Below are positions 36,959 to 47,211 of a stretch of 64,000 nt of DNA, in pieces (the first letter of the stretch is position 1; each line of letters begins with the position of its first letter). Source of the DNA: Collinsella sp. (GTDB lineage: Bacteria > Actinomycetota > Coriobacteriia > Coriobacteriales > Coriobacteriaceae); contig DXZZ01000002.1 in assembly GCA_019419425.1 (NCBI GenBank), positions 5,526 to 69,525 of the forward strand, written 5' to 3'. Below the pieces are notes generated by a model. The model was not told the origin of the DNA. It searched no databases and saw only the letters and a list, made by a program, of their open reading frames with translations. The position numbers and the translations under genes were made by a program.

Positions 36959-37666
36959 ATGCCCCAGATTGATGATGCAGAGCTGTTTGGCAATGCCGAG
37001 GACCAGCGTGCGTACGAGGACTTTTGCGCCAATCAGGAGGCGGTCGAGAAGTTTATGCTCGACAAGCCCGCGCTTATCTGCCGTTGGCGCATGTCCAACA
37101 AAAAGGTGCCCATGCTCAACCGTCACATTCGCGCGCTGTCCGAGCGCTTGGTGCAGGGCGAGCCGCTTACCCATAACATGCTCAGCTGGGCTAAGCAGCA
37201 CGTTGAGTGGTCGCTTGCCGAGGGCGATTACACCGCGCACGACGGCGTGCTCATGCTGGTGATCGACGTTAACGGCAATGCCGCCATGACGGTGGGTGAG
37301 TACGAGCCGCTGGCCGATACTTCGGCCAAGGCGCTGCGTGCCCGCTCCGCCGAGGCCCGCTCCGAGGCCGACGAAACCGGCGTGGCGCCCGAGCTGCTCG
37401 CTGCCGTCAACAACGGCGAGCTGGCCTTTGTGGCGCCGGCGGACGAGTGCCTGTGCGGCACGGCGACGCTCATAGAGCAGCTGGCCCAGACCAAGGGCAT
37501 CCCGGTCACGCGCGTGGACATTCCCGCACAGCTCAAGGGCGCCTTGTTCCTGGTAAGTGACGAGCACGGCGTGGTGCCTGCCGCCGACGCCGACGCCGCC
37601 GAGTCCGACGCCGCCACGGTCGCTTTCTTCGCCGACGGCTACGAAAAGCTTCGTGCCCGTCGCTAA
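36959..37666 (+). CDS. hypothetical protein, possibly a degenerate class IV aminotransferase fold
   Basis: HIRAL and C-terminal GTATLIEQLA..GIPV...LFLVSDEHGVVP weakly recall PLP fold type IV. Confidence 0.6.
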   Translation: MPQIDDAELFGNAEDQRAYEDFCANQEAVEKFMLDKPALICRWRMSNKKVPMLNRHIRALSERLVQGEPLTHNMLSWAKQHVEWSLAEGDYTAHDGVLMLVIDVNGNAAMTVGEYEPLADTSAKALRARSAEARSEADETGVAPELLAAVNNGELAFVAPADECLCGTATLIEQLAQTKGIPVTRVDIPAQLKGALFLVSDEHGVVPAADADAAESDAATVAFFADGYEKLRARR

Positions 37667-37845
37667 ATGATTATTCTGGGACGGGGATTAAAGAATCATT
37701 TTGGTTCCCGCCACCGCTGCGAGTGCGAGGCGGACAAAACGCCCCCGCTCGCGAACAGTTCTGTCACCTTGGCGACGTGCGTGGCGCGCACCTGCAGTTT
37801 CGCAGCCATAATGGTGGCAAGACAACCAAGAGGGGAGCGGAATCC

Positions 37846-38517
37846 ATGGCGCTAATCTATATCGTTGAGGACGACGAGCCCATTCGTCGTGAGCTTGTCG
37901 ACATCCTTGCCCGCGCCGGGTTTGAAATCGAGGCCTGCGAATCGTTCGAGCATGTCTCGCGCGATATTCTCGCCGCCGCGCCCGACCTGGTGCTGCTCGA
38001 CCTCACGCTTCCCGTCAAGGACGGCCAGCATATCTGCCACGAGGTTCGCCGCGAATCCGAGGTCCCCATCATCGTCCTCACCTCGCGCACGACCGAGATC
38101 GACGAGGTCATGGCCATGACGCTCGGCGCGGACGACTTTGTTCCCAAGCCCTATAGCGCGCGCGTGCTCGTGGCGCGCATCAACGCACTGCTGCGTCGCA
38201 CCGCGGCGTCAGGCGAGCGCAGCACGCTCGTCCACAAGGGGCTGGAGCTCGACCTCGCCCGCTCTATGGTCACCAACACGGCGACCGGCGACAGCACCGA
38301 GCTCACCAAAAATGAGCTGCGCATTCTCTCGCTGCTCCTGAGCCGCGCGGGCAAGATCGTCTCGCGCTCGGCCATCATGCAGGACCTGTGGGACTCCGAC
38401 GCCTTCGTGGACGACAATACGCTCACCGTCAACATCAACCGCCTGCGCACCACGCTCGAAAAAATCGGCATCAAGGGGTATTTGACGACGCATCGCGGTC
38501 AAGGCTATTCGGTCTAG
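37846..38517 (+). CDS. OmpR-family response regulator (BceR/GraR-like)
   Basis: IVEDD, LVLLDL, GADDFVPKP, FVDDNTLTVNINRLR. Confidence 0.93.
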   Translation: MALIYIVEDDEPIRRELVDILARAGFEIEACESFEHVSRDILAAAPDLVLLDLTLPVKDGQHICHEVRRESEVPIIVLTSRTTEIDEVMAMTLGADDFVPKPYSARVLVARINALLRRTAASGERSTLVHKGLELDLARSMVTNTATGDSTELTKNELRILSLLLSRAGKIVSRSAIMQDLWDSDAFVDDNTLTVNINRLRTTLEKIGIKGYLTTHRGQGYSV

Positions 38518-38526
38518 GGGCCGGCT

Positions 38527-39570
38527 ATGTCGTTTGGCAAGTTCTTTAAAGATGCACTGCTTCCCGTCGCCGTGTGGACGTGCGGCGTGCTGCTGAGCTG
38601 CTTTGTGCTGACGGTCGCCGGCGCACCCGTTTCTATCGTGGTCGTGGCGGTTGGCGTGTCCTTTATCTTCGGTATGCTCGGCATCGTGATCGAGTACGCT
38701 CGCCGTCGCCGTTTTCTGCGTCAGTTGGAGCGCGCGGCAGAGGAGCTCGAGAGTCCCGCATGGGTCCAGGAGATGGTGCAATGCCCGACCTATGCCGAGG
38801 GCGAGCTCGAGTACGAGGTCTTGCGCCGGGTGGGCAAGGCGGCATGCGACGAGGTTGCCGAAGGCCGGCGTCAGACCGATGACTATCGCGACTATATCGA
38901 GAGCTGGGTCCACGAGGCCAAGCTGCCCCTGGCGGCGGCCCATCTGATTTTGGAAAACCTGGATGGCAGCGAAGACGACCTGTCGCGTGTGGATGACCTG
39001 GGTCGCGAGCTGGCTCGCGTGGAGCGCTATATCGACCAGGCGCTGTACTACGCGCGCTCGGAAGTCGTGGAGCGCGACTACCTGATTCGTCGCTGGGATC
39101 TCAAGACCTTGGTGACGGGCGCGATTAAAGCCAACGCGCGCGAGCTTATCGCGGCGCACGTGGCTCCGGTGTGCGAGAACCTCGACTTTGAGGTCTTTAC
39201 CGACGAGAAGTGGCTCGAGTTTATTCTAGGCCAGCTTATTCAGAACAGCATCAAATATGCGCGCGAGGACGGCGCAAAGATCGTGTTTTCGGGCGCGTTG
39301 CTGGACGAGGGCTTGGCGAGCGAACGCATCGAGCTTACCGTCGCGGACAACGGCTGCGGCGTGAGCGCGGCCGACCTGCCGCGCGTGTTCGAGAAAGGTT
39401 TTACCGGCGACAACGGCCGCACCACCAAGCGCGCAACGGGCATCGGCCTCTACCTTGTGGCGCGCCTGTGCTCCAAGATGGGCATCGACGTCACCGCAGC
39501 ATCCGACTCCGGCGAAGGCTTTGTCGTAACGTTTTCCTTCTCAACGAACAAGTTCCAATACTTTGAGTAG
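38527..39570 (+). CDS. intramembrane-sensing histidine kinase (BceS/GraS-like)
   Basis: Two close TM segments, WVHEAKLPL, TDEKWLEFILGQLIQNSIKY, FEKGFTGDNGR, TGIGLYL. Confidence 0.93.
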   Translation: MSFGKFFKDALLPVAVWTCGVLLSCFVLTVAGAPVSIVVVAVGVSFIFGMLGIVIEYARRRRFLRQLERAAEELESPAWVQEMVQCPTYAEGELEYEVLRRVGKAACDEVAEGRRQTDDYRDYIESWVHEAKLPLAAAHLILENLDGSEDDLSRVDDLGRELARVERYIDQALYYARSEVVERDYLIRRWDLKTLVTGAIKANARELIAAHVAPVCENLDFEVFTDEKWLEFILGQLIQNSIKYAREDGAKIVFSGALLDEGLASERIELTVADNGCGVSAADLPRVFEKGFTGDNGRTTKRATGIGLYLVARLCSKMGIDVTAASDSGEGFVVTFSFSTNKFQYFE

Positions 39571-39594
39571 CCGGGCCGTCTTGCGGTGCGGACG

Positions 39595-39661
39595 GCTATG
39601 TTCCCGAACGTGAACTTAACTAAGGCAACTGGCGCTATGTTTCCGAACGTGAACATAACTA
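39595..39661 (+). repeat. 28-bp imperfect direct repeat, 39-bp period
   Basis: GCTATGTTCCCGAACGTGAACTTAACTA / GCTATGTTTCCGAACGTGAACATAACTA. Confidence 0.8.
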
Positions 39662-39882
39662 TGAGGCTCAAATGGATCTCTCATAACAAAAACGTGCAGC
39701 CCAAACAAAACGTGCCGCCCCAAACGGGGCGGCACGCCATCTTTTATCAGCCAACTCGCTGAAGTAAGGCTGCGAAGGCCGCGAGGCCGGGAGGGGTTTC
39801 CTAAGGGCACATCCCGCAGCCGCAACGCGGCGAGGACGTGCCCGTGGAAACCCCGCAGGCCCCGCGGCCGGTGGGAGCAACG

Positions 39883-40320
39883 CTACTTCACGACCAAAAT
39901 GTCGCAGTCCGTATTGCGCAGCAGGAACGTCGAAATTGAACCCAGCAGCGCATACTTGATCGAGGACAGGCCGCGGGCGCCGCAGAGCACCAGGTCGGGC
40001 TTAACCACGTCGAGCATCTCGTCCTTGAGCGTCTCGCGAATGCGGCCGGCGCGAATCATGACCTCGACCTCGGGAATGTCGGGATTGGCCTTGGCCTCTT
40101 CGAGCTGCTTGGCGATGGAGTTCTTAAATGCCTCCTCTAGGCCGTTGACAAGATCGACCGGATAGGAACCGGCGCTCTCGAGCGCCGTGGAATCGATAAC
40201 GTGGCCGATGATCAGCTTGGCGCCGTTGTTCGCGGCGACCTTGATGGCGCGTGCGAGCACAAAATCCTGCTGCTCAGTACCGTCGAGTGAAACAAATACC
40301 TTGGTGTAGCCCTCGTTCAT
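39883..40320 (-). CDS. universal stress protein
   Basis: YTKVFVSLDG, DLVLCGARGLS....LLGSIS, CDILVVK. Confidence 0.92.
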   Translation of the reverse strand: MNEGYTKVFVSLDGTEQQDFVLARAIKVAANNGAKLIIGHVIDSTALESAGSYPVDLVNGLEEAFKNSIAKQLEEAKANPDIPEVEVMIRAGRIRETLKDEMLDVVKPDLVLCGARGLSSIKYALLGSISTFLLRNTDCDILVVK

Positions 40321-40567
40321 GGTTTCCTCCTTGGTCTATCGCACGGGCGCTGGGCTCGTGCGTCGGGCGGGCGCGGATGCGTGGCCGCCGGACACTTTAT
40401 CTTGTTGCAGTTATACCCAAGGATTTGGGTTTGACCGCTCGCAATTCTGTGAACGGGCGAGTTTTTTGGTAAGGGTAGGCGCAGGCGCGCCGCCAACGGT
40501 TGATAATGGGACATCGCCCGCACCGTCCGCAGAACAATATCGGCGGGTGTCTAACGAGGGGGTCCCT

Positions 40568-41548
40568 TTGGATATCATCGAGCTTCTAAAATCTGCCTTT
40601 ATGGGCCTGGTCGAGGGCATCACCGAATGGCTGCCCGTTTCGTCGACTGGTCACATGATCTTGGTGGACGAGTTCGTCAAGATGAACGTGAGCGAGACGT
40701 TCTGGAATATGTTCCTGGTCGTGATTCAGCTCGGCGCCATTCTGGCCGTCTGTGTGCTGTTCTTCCATGAGCTCAATCCGTTCTCGCCCAGCAAGGGCAA
40801 GGAGGGCCGTCGCGACACCTGGGTGCTGTGGGGCAAGATTGTGCTCGGCTGCATTCCCGCCGCGGCGATCGGTCTGCCGCTTAACGACTGGATGGAGGAG
40901 CATTTCTATAATGCTCCCGTCGTGGCGCTGGCGCTCATTGTGTACGGCGTGCTGTTTATCGTGATCGAGAACTGGCGCGCGAGCAAGCGCGAGGAAATGG
41001 CCGTTGCCGGTTCATTTGGTTCGCGTGCTGTGGTGTCGGGTGGACGTCCCGCCGGTGCGCACTTTGCGGCGCCCGCCGCGGCTACCGCTGAGGATGAGGA
41101 CGATGACGAGGATCTGGACTTTGGCTCCATCGCCACGCTCGAGGACCTGAGCTGGAAGACTGCGCTGGGTATCGGCTGCTTCCAGGTGCTTTCGCTGGTG
41201 CCTGGAACGTCTCGCTCCGGTTCTACCATCATCGGCGGCCTGCTTTTGGGCTGCACGCGTTCGGTGGCGTCCAAGTTTACGTTCTTCCTGGCCATCCCTG
41301 TCATGTTTGGCGCGAGTGCGCTCAAGCTGGTCAAGTACTTCATCAAGGGCGGCACGTTCGGCACCAACGAGATCGCCATCTTGGGCGTGGGCTGCGTTGT
41401 TGCCTTTGTGGTTTCGCTCATCGCCATCAAGTGGCTCATGGGCTTCGTCCGCCGTCACGACTTTAAGTGCTTCGGTGTTTACCGCATCATCCTGGGCATC
41501 GTAGTGCTCGCATACTTCTTCGTTCTGGAGCCGATGCTCGGCCTTTAA
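40568..41548 (+). CDS. uppP: undecaprenyl-diphosphate phosphatase
   Basis: GLVEGITEWLPVSSTGH, IQLGAILAV, PGTSRSGSTI; TTG start after GAGGGG. Confidence 0.95.
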   Translation: MDIIELLKSAFMGLVEGITEWLPVSSTGHMILVDEFVKMNVSETFWNMFLVVIQLGAILAVCVLFFHELNPFSPSKGKEGRRDTWVLWGKIVLGCIPAAAIGLPLNDWMEEHFYNAPVVALALIVYGVLFIVIENWRASKREEMAVAGSFGSRAVVSGGRPAGAHFAAPAAATAEDEDDDEDLDFGSIATLEDLSWKTALGIGCFQVLSLVPGTSRSGSTIIGGLLLGCTRSVASKFTFFLAIPVMFGASALKLVKYFIKGGTFGTNEIAILGVGCVVAFVVSLIAIKWLMGFVRRHDFKCFGVYRIILGIVVLAYFFVLEPMLGL

Positions 41549-41881
41549 CTTAGTCGACGCTGCGCGGCGGCCAGAGCGACAGCTTGTCATTCAAAGAGGG
41601 TGGCATGACCAAAAGGTCTATGCCGCCCCCTTTTCATGCCAATTTGTTCGCCCTGACCGTCGCTCGCTGCTGCTGCCATGACATCGGCGGTTTCGTGATT
41701 GTCAATAGATTGGTGCAAAGTAACCTGACCCCATTGCGCCAAATCCGCTGGGGCGGGCCTGACGGTGGCGCACGGAGTCGTGGTGTGATTTGCGTCGGTG
41801 TCCGCGCGGCTCGGTATACTGGTACGGCTCAAACTATGGCGCTGCCCGCAGGCGCGCCGTCCGTCAGATGAGGAGTCGCCC

Positions 41882-44782
41882 ATGACCCAGCCCTTGCCCT
41901 GGGAAAAGAACGCCGCGGTACCCGTGCCGCCTGCGCCGGAACCCGTGCCGCTCGATGCATACACCGCCCCCGCTGCGCCGGAGCCCGAGCTCGTTCCGCT
42001 CGACATCTACGACGCCCCGGCTCCGGCGCCCAAACCTGCCAAGCCGCTCGTCGATATCGATAGCCTTAACCCCGCCCAGCGCGAGGCGGTCCTGACCACC
42101 GAGGGCCCGCTGCTGGTCCTTGCCGGTGCTGGCTCGGGCAAGACCCGCGTCCTGACCTTCCGCATCGCTCATATGCTCGGCGACCTGGGCGTTAAGCCTT
42201 GGCAGGTTCTTGCCATCACGTTTACCAACAAGGCCGCTGCCGAGATGCGCGAGCGTCTGGCGGCACTCATCCCAAGCGGCACTCGTGGCATGTGGGTGTG
42301 CACCTTCCATGCCATGTGCGTGCGCATGCTGCGCGAGGACGCCGACCTGCTGGGCTATACCGGTCAGTTCACCATCTACGATGACGACGACTCAAAGCGC
42401 ATGGTGCGCGACATTATGCAGGCGCTCGGCATTGAGCAAAAGCAGTTCCCCATCAACATGATCCGCAGCAAGATCAGCTCGGCCAAAAACGCCATGATCG
42501 GGCCCGAGGACATGCTCAAATCCGCTGACAGCCCCAATGACAAAAAGGCCGCGCAGGTCTACTTGGAGCTGGAGCGCCGCCTGCGCGCCGCCAACGCGAT
42601 GGACTTCGACGACCTGCTCGTGCGCACGCTCGAGCTACTGCGCACCCGCCCCGAGGTGCTCGACAAGTACCAGGAGCGCTTCCGCTACATTAGCGTCGAC
42701 GAGTATCAGGACACCAACCACGTCCAGTACGAGATCGCCAACCTGCTGGCCGCCAAGTACCAAAACCTTATGGTCGTGGGCGACGACGACCAGTCCATTT
42801 ATAGCTGGCGTGGCGCCGACATCACCAACATCCTGGACTTTGAGCAGGACTTTAAAAACTGCAAGACCGTCAAGCTGGAGCAGAACTATCGCTCTACGGG
42901 CCATATCCTGAGCGCCGCCAATGCCGTTGTTCGCCACAACTCGCAGCGCAAGGACAAGCGCCTGTTTACGGCCGAGGGCGATGGCGAGAAGATTCAGGCT
43001 TTCCAGGCAAGCGACGAGCGCGACGAGGGCCGCTGGATTGCCGGCGAGATCGAGAAGCTGCATGCCAAGGGTACGAGCTACGACGATATCGCCGTGTTCT
43101 ACCGCACCAACGCCCAGTCGCGTATCCTCGAAGATATGTTCCTGCGCGCGGGCGTGCCCTACAAGATCGTCGGCGGCACGCGATTCTTCGACCGCGCCGA
43201 GATCCGCGATGTCATGGCCTACCTCAAGATGATCGTGAACCCGGCCGACGAGATGAGCGTCAAGCGCGTCATCAACACGCCGCGCCGCGGCATCGGCTCC
43301 ACTTCGATCCAAAAGATTGAGCAGCTGGCGCGCGACAACCGTTGCTCGTTCTTCCAGGCCTGCGAGATCGCAACAGCCGAGACGGGCATGTTTAGTGCCA
43401 AGGTGCGCAACGGCCTGTCGAGTTTTGTGGCGCTGGTGCGCGAGGGCCGTCGCATGGACGGCGAGCTCAAGGATGTCGTCGAGATGATTGTCGACAAGAC
43501 GGGCCTGCTGCAGGCGTTCCGCGCCGAGGGCACCATGGAGTCCGAGAGCCGCGCCGAGAACATCCAGGAATTCCTGGGCGTCGCTGCCGAATTTGAGGAG
43601 ACGCACGAGGATATCGAGGGCACGCTCGAGAGCTTGGAAGAGCTGCGTGCAGCCGGTGTTGCCGATGTGCCTGTCAGTGCCGAGCCCGAGCCCGTCGTGG
43701 TGAGTGCGCCCGCGCCCGAGCCGGGGCCGTCCGCTCCGGCATCCTCGTTTGAGGCACTTGTCGGCGCTCGTGACGCCGCGGGCTCCAATCCGCTCGATAG
43801 CCTAGCCGCCCCGGCGTTCTCGCCGCAGGATGCCTTGGCCGCCGCCATCGCGGGCAACGCCTATGCCGCACCGACGGAGCTGCCGGCGGGTGCTGTACAT
43901 GCCGACGAGATCGAGCGCACCTATGGCCCGCTCACTTGCAAGGCGTTGCCGGCGCTCATGGAGTGGCTGGCCCTGCGCTCCGACTTGGATTCCCTGGCCG
44001 GCGAGACGCATGCCATTACCATGATGACCATCCACTCCGCCAAGGGCCTGGAGTTCCCGGCGGTGTTCGTGGCCGGCATGGAGGAGGGTATCTTCCCGCA
44101 CGTGCACGACTTTGGCGGCAGCGATGACCCGGGCAAGCTCGAGGAGGAGCGTCGCCTGGCCTACGTTGCCATCACGCGTGCCCGCAAGCGCCTGTTCCTG
44201 ACCTATGCGGCCACGCGTCGCACTTACGGCTCGACCTCTGCCAACCCGCGCTCGCGCTTCCTCAACGAGATTCCGTTCGAGGACATCGAGTTTAGCGGCA
44301 TCGGTTCTGCCGGTTTTGAGGGCACGGGCTGGGAGAAACGCGGCGACCGTCACGGCACCTTTGGCTCGGGCATGGGCTCGGATATGTATGGCGGCAAGGT
44401 GTTTGGCTCGCATACGCGCTCGACCGGCGGTTCCGGTTCGCGCGGCGGATCGAGCTTCGACGATTTCTTTGGCGGCAGCAGCTATGGGACCGAGCGCCAT
44501 CGTGGGGTCTCGCCCGACGCCGGCCGTGTTGCCTCGACCTTTGGCTCGGGCGCGCCGCGAGCCAAAAAGCCGTCGTCCAAGGTGTCGCCGACGGTGGAGC
44601 GCAAGGTCGATCGCGCCAGCGCGTCGCAGGACTTTGCCGCGGGCGATACCGTGAGCCACAAGACCTTTGGCACGGGTACCGTGATCTCGGTCGCCGGAGA
44701 CATGATCGAGGTGCAGTTCGAAAAAACCGGCCAGACCAAAAAGCTGATGAAGGGCTTTGCACCGATCGTTAAGCTGTCGTGA
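41882..44782 (+). CDS. pcrA: UvrD/PcrA ATP-dependent DNA helicase
   Basis: LAGAGSGKT, VDEYQD, GDDDQSIYSWRGA, LEQNYRS, TIHSAKGLEF, EERRLAYVAITRA; C-terminal Tudor-like domain. Confidence 0.95.
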   Translation: MTQPLPWEKNAAVPVPPAPEPVPLDAYTAPAAPEPELVPLDIYDAPAPAPKPAKPLVDIDSLNPAQREAVLTTEGPLLVLAGAGSGKTRVLTFRIAHMLGDLGVKPWQVLAITFTNKAAAEMRERLAALIPSGTRGMWVCTFHAMCVRMLREDADLLGYTGQFTIYDDDDSKRMVRDIMQALGIEQKQFPINMIRSKISSAKNAMIGPEDMLKSADSPNDKKAAQVYLELERRLRAANAMDFDDLLVRTLELLRTRPEVLDKYQERFRYISVDEYQDTNHVQYEIANLLAAKYQNLMVVGDDDQSIYSWRGADITNILDFEQDFKNCKTVKLEQNYRSTGHILSAANAVVRHNSQRKDKRLFTAEGDGEKIQAFQASDERDEGRWIAGEIEKLHAKGTSYDDIAVFYRTNAQSRILEDMFLRAGVPYKIVGGTRFFDRAEIRDVMAYLKMIVNPADEMSVKRVINTPRRGIGSTSIQKIEQLARDNRCSFFQACEIATAETGMFSAKVRNGLSSFVALVREGRRMDGELKDVVEMIVDKTGLLQAFRAEGTMESESRAENIQEFLGVAAEFEETHEDIEGTLESLEELRAAGVADVPVSAEPEPVVVSAPAPEPGPSAPASSFEALVGARDAAGSNPLDSLAAPAFSPQDALAAAIAGNAYAAPTELPAGAVHADEIERTYGPLTCKALPALMEWLALRSDLDSLAGETHAITMMTIHSAKGLEFPAVFVAGMEEGIFPHVHDFGGSDDPGKLEEERRLAYVAITRARKRLFLTYAATRRTYGSTSANPRSRFLNEIPFEDIEFSGIGSAGFEGTGWEKRGDRHGTFGSGMGSDMYGGKVFGSHTRSTGGSGSRGGSSFDDFFGGSSYGTERHRGVSPDAGRVASTFGSGAPRAKKPSSKVSPTVERKVDRASASQDFAAGDTVSHKTFGTGTVISVAGDMIEVQFEKTGQTKKLMKGFAPIVKLS

Positions 44783-45003
44783 TCCCGGCGGACCTGGGTG
44801 GGCGTATAGGGCAACATCGCCTGCTCGGGCAGTCCTGCGCAAGACGGAGGCCACATTAAGTGGCCTCCTTTGCATGCGGAACTCGCGATCGATGTTGCCC
44901 CAAACGCTCGCCCAGGTCCTTAGGTAACGGTGCTTGCGAACGTCGCTTTGCTGGTTCGCTTTTTGATCTGGAGAGCCGGGTGGGCTGATAAATAGATATG
45001 AGC

Positions 45004-45048
45004 AGGGGCTCTTCCGTTGATGAACGGAAGAGCCCCTTGTTGCTTTTT
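45004..45048. terminator. intrinsic terminator between convergent pcrA and manA
   Basis: 15-bp stem AGGGGCTCTTCCGTT / AACGGAAGAGCCCCT followed by a T-rich tail. Confidence 0.75.
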
Positions 45049-45185
45049 GATTGTCGTAACTAGTCAGAGGTTCGCCGGGGCGGGGCGCGGGGTTTGGTCG
45101 ATCGCGAGCTCCGCACGAGCCGGACTGTCCGAGCAGGCGACCAGACCCCGCGCCCCGTCCCGGCGAGCGCTTGGGGACCGGTGAC

Positions 45186-46118
45186 CTACAGGTGGCTGAT
45201 AATCAGTTCCATATTGCCCTCGAGCTCGATCTTGTCCACGGTGCTGGGGGCTAGCAGATGGCTTCCCTTGTGGACGGGGTCGCCGCAGACGGTGCCTTTG
45301 CCGTCGATGACTGACAGGCACATGAAGGGCCAGTGCTGGTCGAGGGTCTTGCTGCCGTCGACGCGCACGCGATCGACGGTGTAGCAGGGGTTGGATTCGA
45401 GTTCGGTCACGCCGTCGATCTCGGGTGCGGTCACGGTGCCGTCGGTCGGAGCCTGAACATCAAAGTCGATGCAATCCAGGCTCTGCTCAATGTGCAGTGG
45501 ACGCAGTTTGCCGTCGGTGCCGGGGCGGTCGTAGTCGTACAGGCGATAGGTCACATCGCTCGACTGCTGCGTCTCCAAAATGAGCGTACCGGTCTTGATG
45601 GCGTGCACGGTACCGGAGTCAATCTGGAAAAAGTCGCCCTTGTGGATCGGCAGCACGTTGAGCATGTCGTCCCAGCGGCCGTCCTTGATCATCTGTGCGG
45701 CCTCAGCGCGGTCCTTTGCGCGCTGACCGACGATGATCGTGGCGCCGGGCTCGCAGTCCAGTACATACCAGCACTCGGTTTTGCCCAGGCTGCCGTTCTC
45801 GTGCTCGGCGGCGTACTCGTCATTGGGATGAATCTGGATCGAAAGGTCGTCCTTGGCGTCTAGAATCTTAATGAGCAGCGGGAACTCCTTGCCCTCGCAG
45901 TTACCAAAGAGCTCGCGGTGCTCGGCCCACAGCCACGAAAGCGTGTGACCGGCGTACGGGCCCTCCGCGATCTGGCAGTCGCCGTTGGGGTGGGCCGAGA
46001 TAGCCCAACACTCACCGATGGGACCCTCGGGAATGTCGTAACCAAATACGGTTTCGAGCTGGCGGCCGCCCCAGATCTTCTCGTGGAAAATCGGCGTGAG
46101 TTTAATCAAATCGGACAT
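45186..46118 (-). CDS. manA: mannose-6-phosphate isomerase, class I
   Basis: EKIWGG, GECWAISAHPNG, LSIQIHP, GKTECWY, GTVHAI, ETQQSSDVTYRLYDY. Confidence 0.95.
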   Translation of the reverse strand: MSDLIKLTPIFHEKIWGGRQLETVFGYDIPEGPIGECWAISAHPNGDCQIAEGPYAGHTLSWLWAEHRELFGNCEGKEFPLLIKILDAKDDLSIQIHPNDEYAAEHENGSLGKTECWYVLDCEPGATIIVGQRAKDRAEAAQMIKDGRWDDMLNVLPIHKGDFFQIDSGTVHAIKTGTLILETQQSSDVTYRLYDYDRPGTDGKLRPLHIEQSLDCIDFDVQAPTDGTVTAPEIDGVTELESNPCYTVDRVRVDGSKTLDQHWPFMCLSVIDGKGTVCGDPVHKGSHLLAPSTVDKIELEGNMELIISHL

Positions 46119-46190
46119 GTGCATACTCCCATAAGGTTGTGCGGGTGCCGCGTAAGACAGCTCAAAACGAGCACCCACCGGATTACAAAA

Positions 46191-46910
46191 CTAGGCCAGC
46201 GTTACGTTGTGCAGCTCAAAGCGGTCGCCTACGTTGTGCGAGATAGAATATTCAAACGCGGTGCCGCTATCCAAGAAGCCAATCTGGTTGAGTTCGAGCA
46301 GGGGAGAGCCGGGTTTGGTATCCAGGCGCTCAGCCTCTTCCTCAGTTGCCGCGACGGCGCGAATGGTACGGTGGAAACTCGAGATCTTGAGTCCGCACTG
46401 CTCGCGGATGAAGCTGTAGACCGACGCGTACAGGTCTTTTTTCTTAAGACCCGGAATCAGCTCGAGTGGCATATAGGTGTACTCAATAACGATGGGCTGA
46501 CCATCGACCTCGCGTACGCGCACGATGTGATAGGCAAAGTCGTCTTCGGCCATTCCCAGCTGGGTCGCAACCTCTGCCGGCGGATTGACGATCGAGAAAT
46601 CGTAGACCACCGAGGTCACTTTCTCCCCGCGATGCTCGTACGAAAAGCCTTGGGCACGGTCGTTCTTGCCTTGGAAAAACACCTGGCCGGGAAGCCCCGC
46701 CGTGTCCTTGACGTAGGTGCCCGATCCGCGCCGGCTGGTAATAAGGCCCTCCTCGGTGATCTGCTCGATCGCGCGCTTGACGGTGATCTTGGAAACGCCA
46801 TACAGCTCGCAAAACTCAACGACGGTGGGCAACTTATCGCCCGGCTTAAGGGCGCCGTCCTCGATGCTTCGACGGATATCTGCAGCTATCGCCTCGTATT
46901 TGGGAATCAT
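46191..46910 (-). CDS. GntR/HutC-family regulator with UTRA domain (GmuR-like)
   Basis: wHTH YGVSKITVKRAI..RRGSGTYV plus UTRA. Confidence 0.92.
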   Translation of the reverse strand: MIPKYEAIAADIRRSIEDGALKPGDKLPTVVEFCELYGVSKITVKRAIEQITEEGLITSRRGSGTYVKDTAGLPGQVFFQGKNDRAQGFSYEHRGEKVTSVVYDFSIVNPPAEVATQLGMAEDDFAYHIVRVREVDGQPIVIEYTYMPLELIPGLKKKDLYASVYSFIREQCGLKISSFHRTIRAVAATEEEAERLDTKPGSPLLELNQIGFLDSGTAFEYSISHNVGDRFELHNVTLA

Positions 46911-47211
46911 GCAATCCTCCCTTCATATTTGCGTTGATATAAAGAGAGTATACCTACTTAAAAAGCATCCATATGGCTTTCATCAAAGAAGTTCGATAAA
47001 GAAAAATAAAAAAGACGCTTTACATAATAAATTAGAGCGCTATAGTTACAGACAACAAGCGAGATGCATTGGCGTTTGCTTGTGCTGTTTGGGGACGGAT
47101 TTGTTTTGGCGGGCAGGGTATCCAGATACCTGGTGCGCGCCCGCGCCGGATTGCCTGCCAAAGCAAGCCCGTCTCCAACCGAAAGCTCTAGACACGAAAG
47201 CGAGGACTTTG

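Noticed and set aside
39595..39661. 28-bp repeats as a mini-CRISPR
   Set aside because: Two imperfect copies with an 11-bp gap; no cas genes
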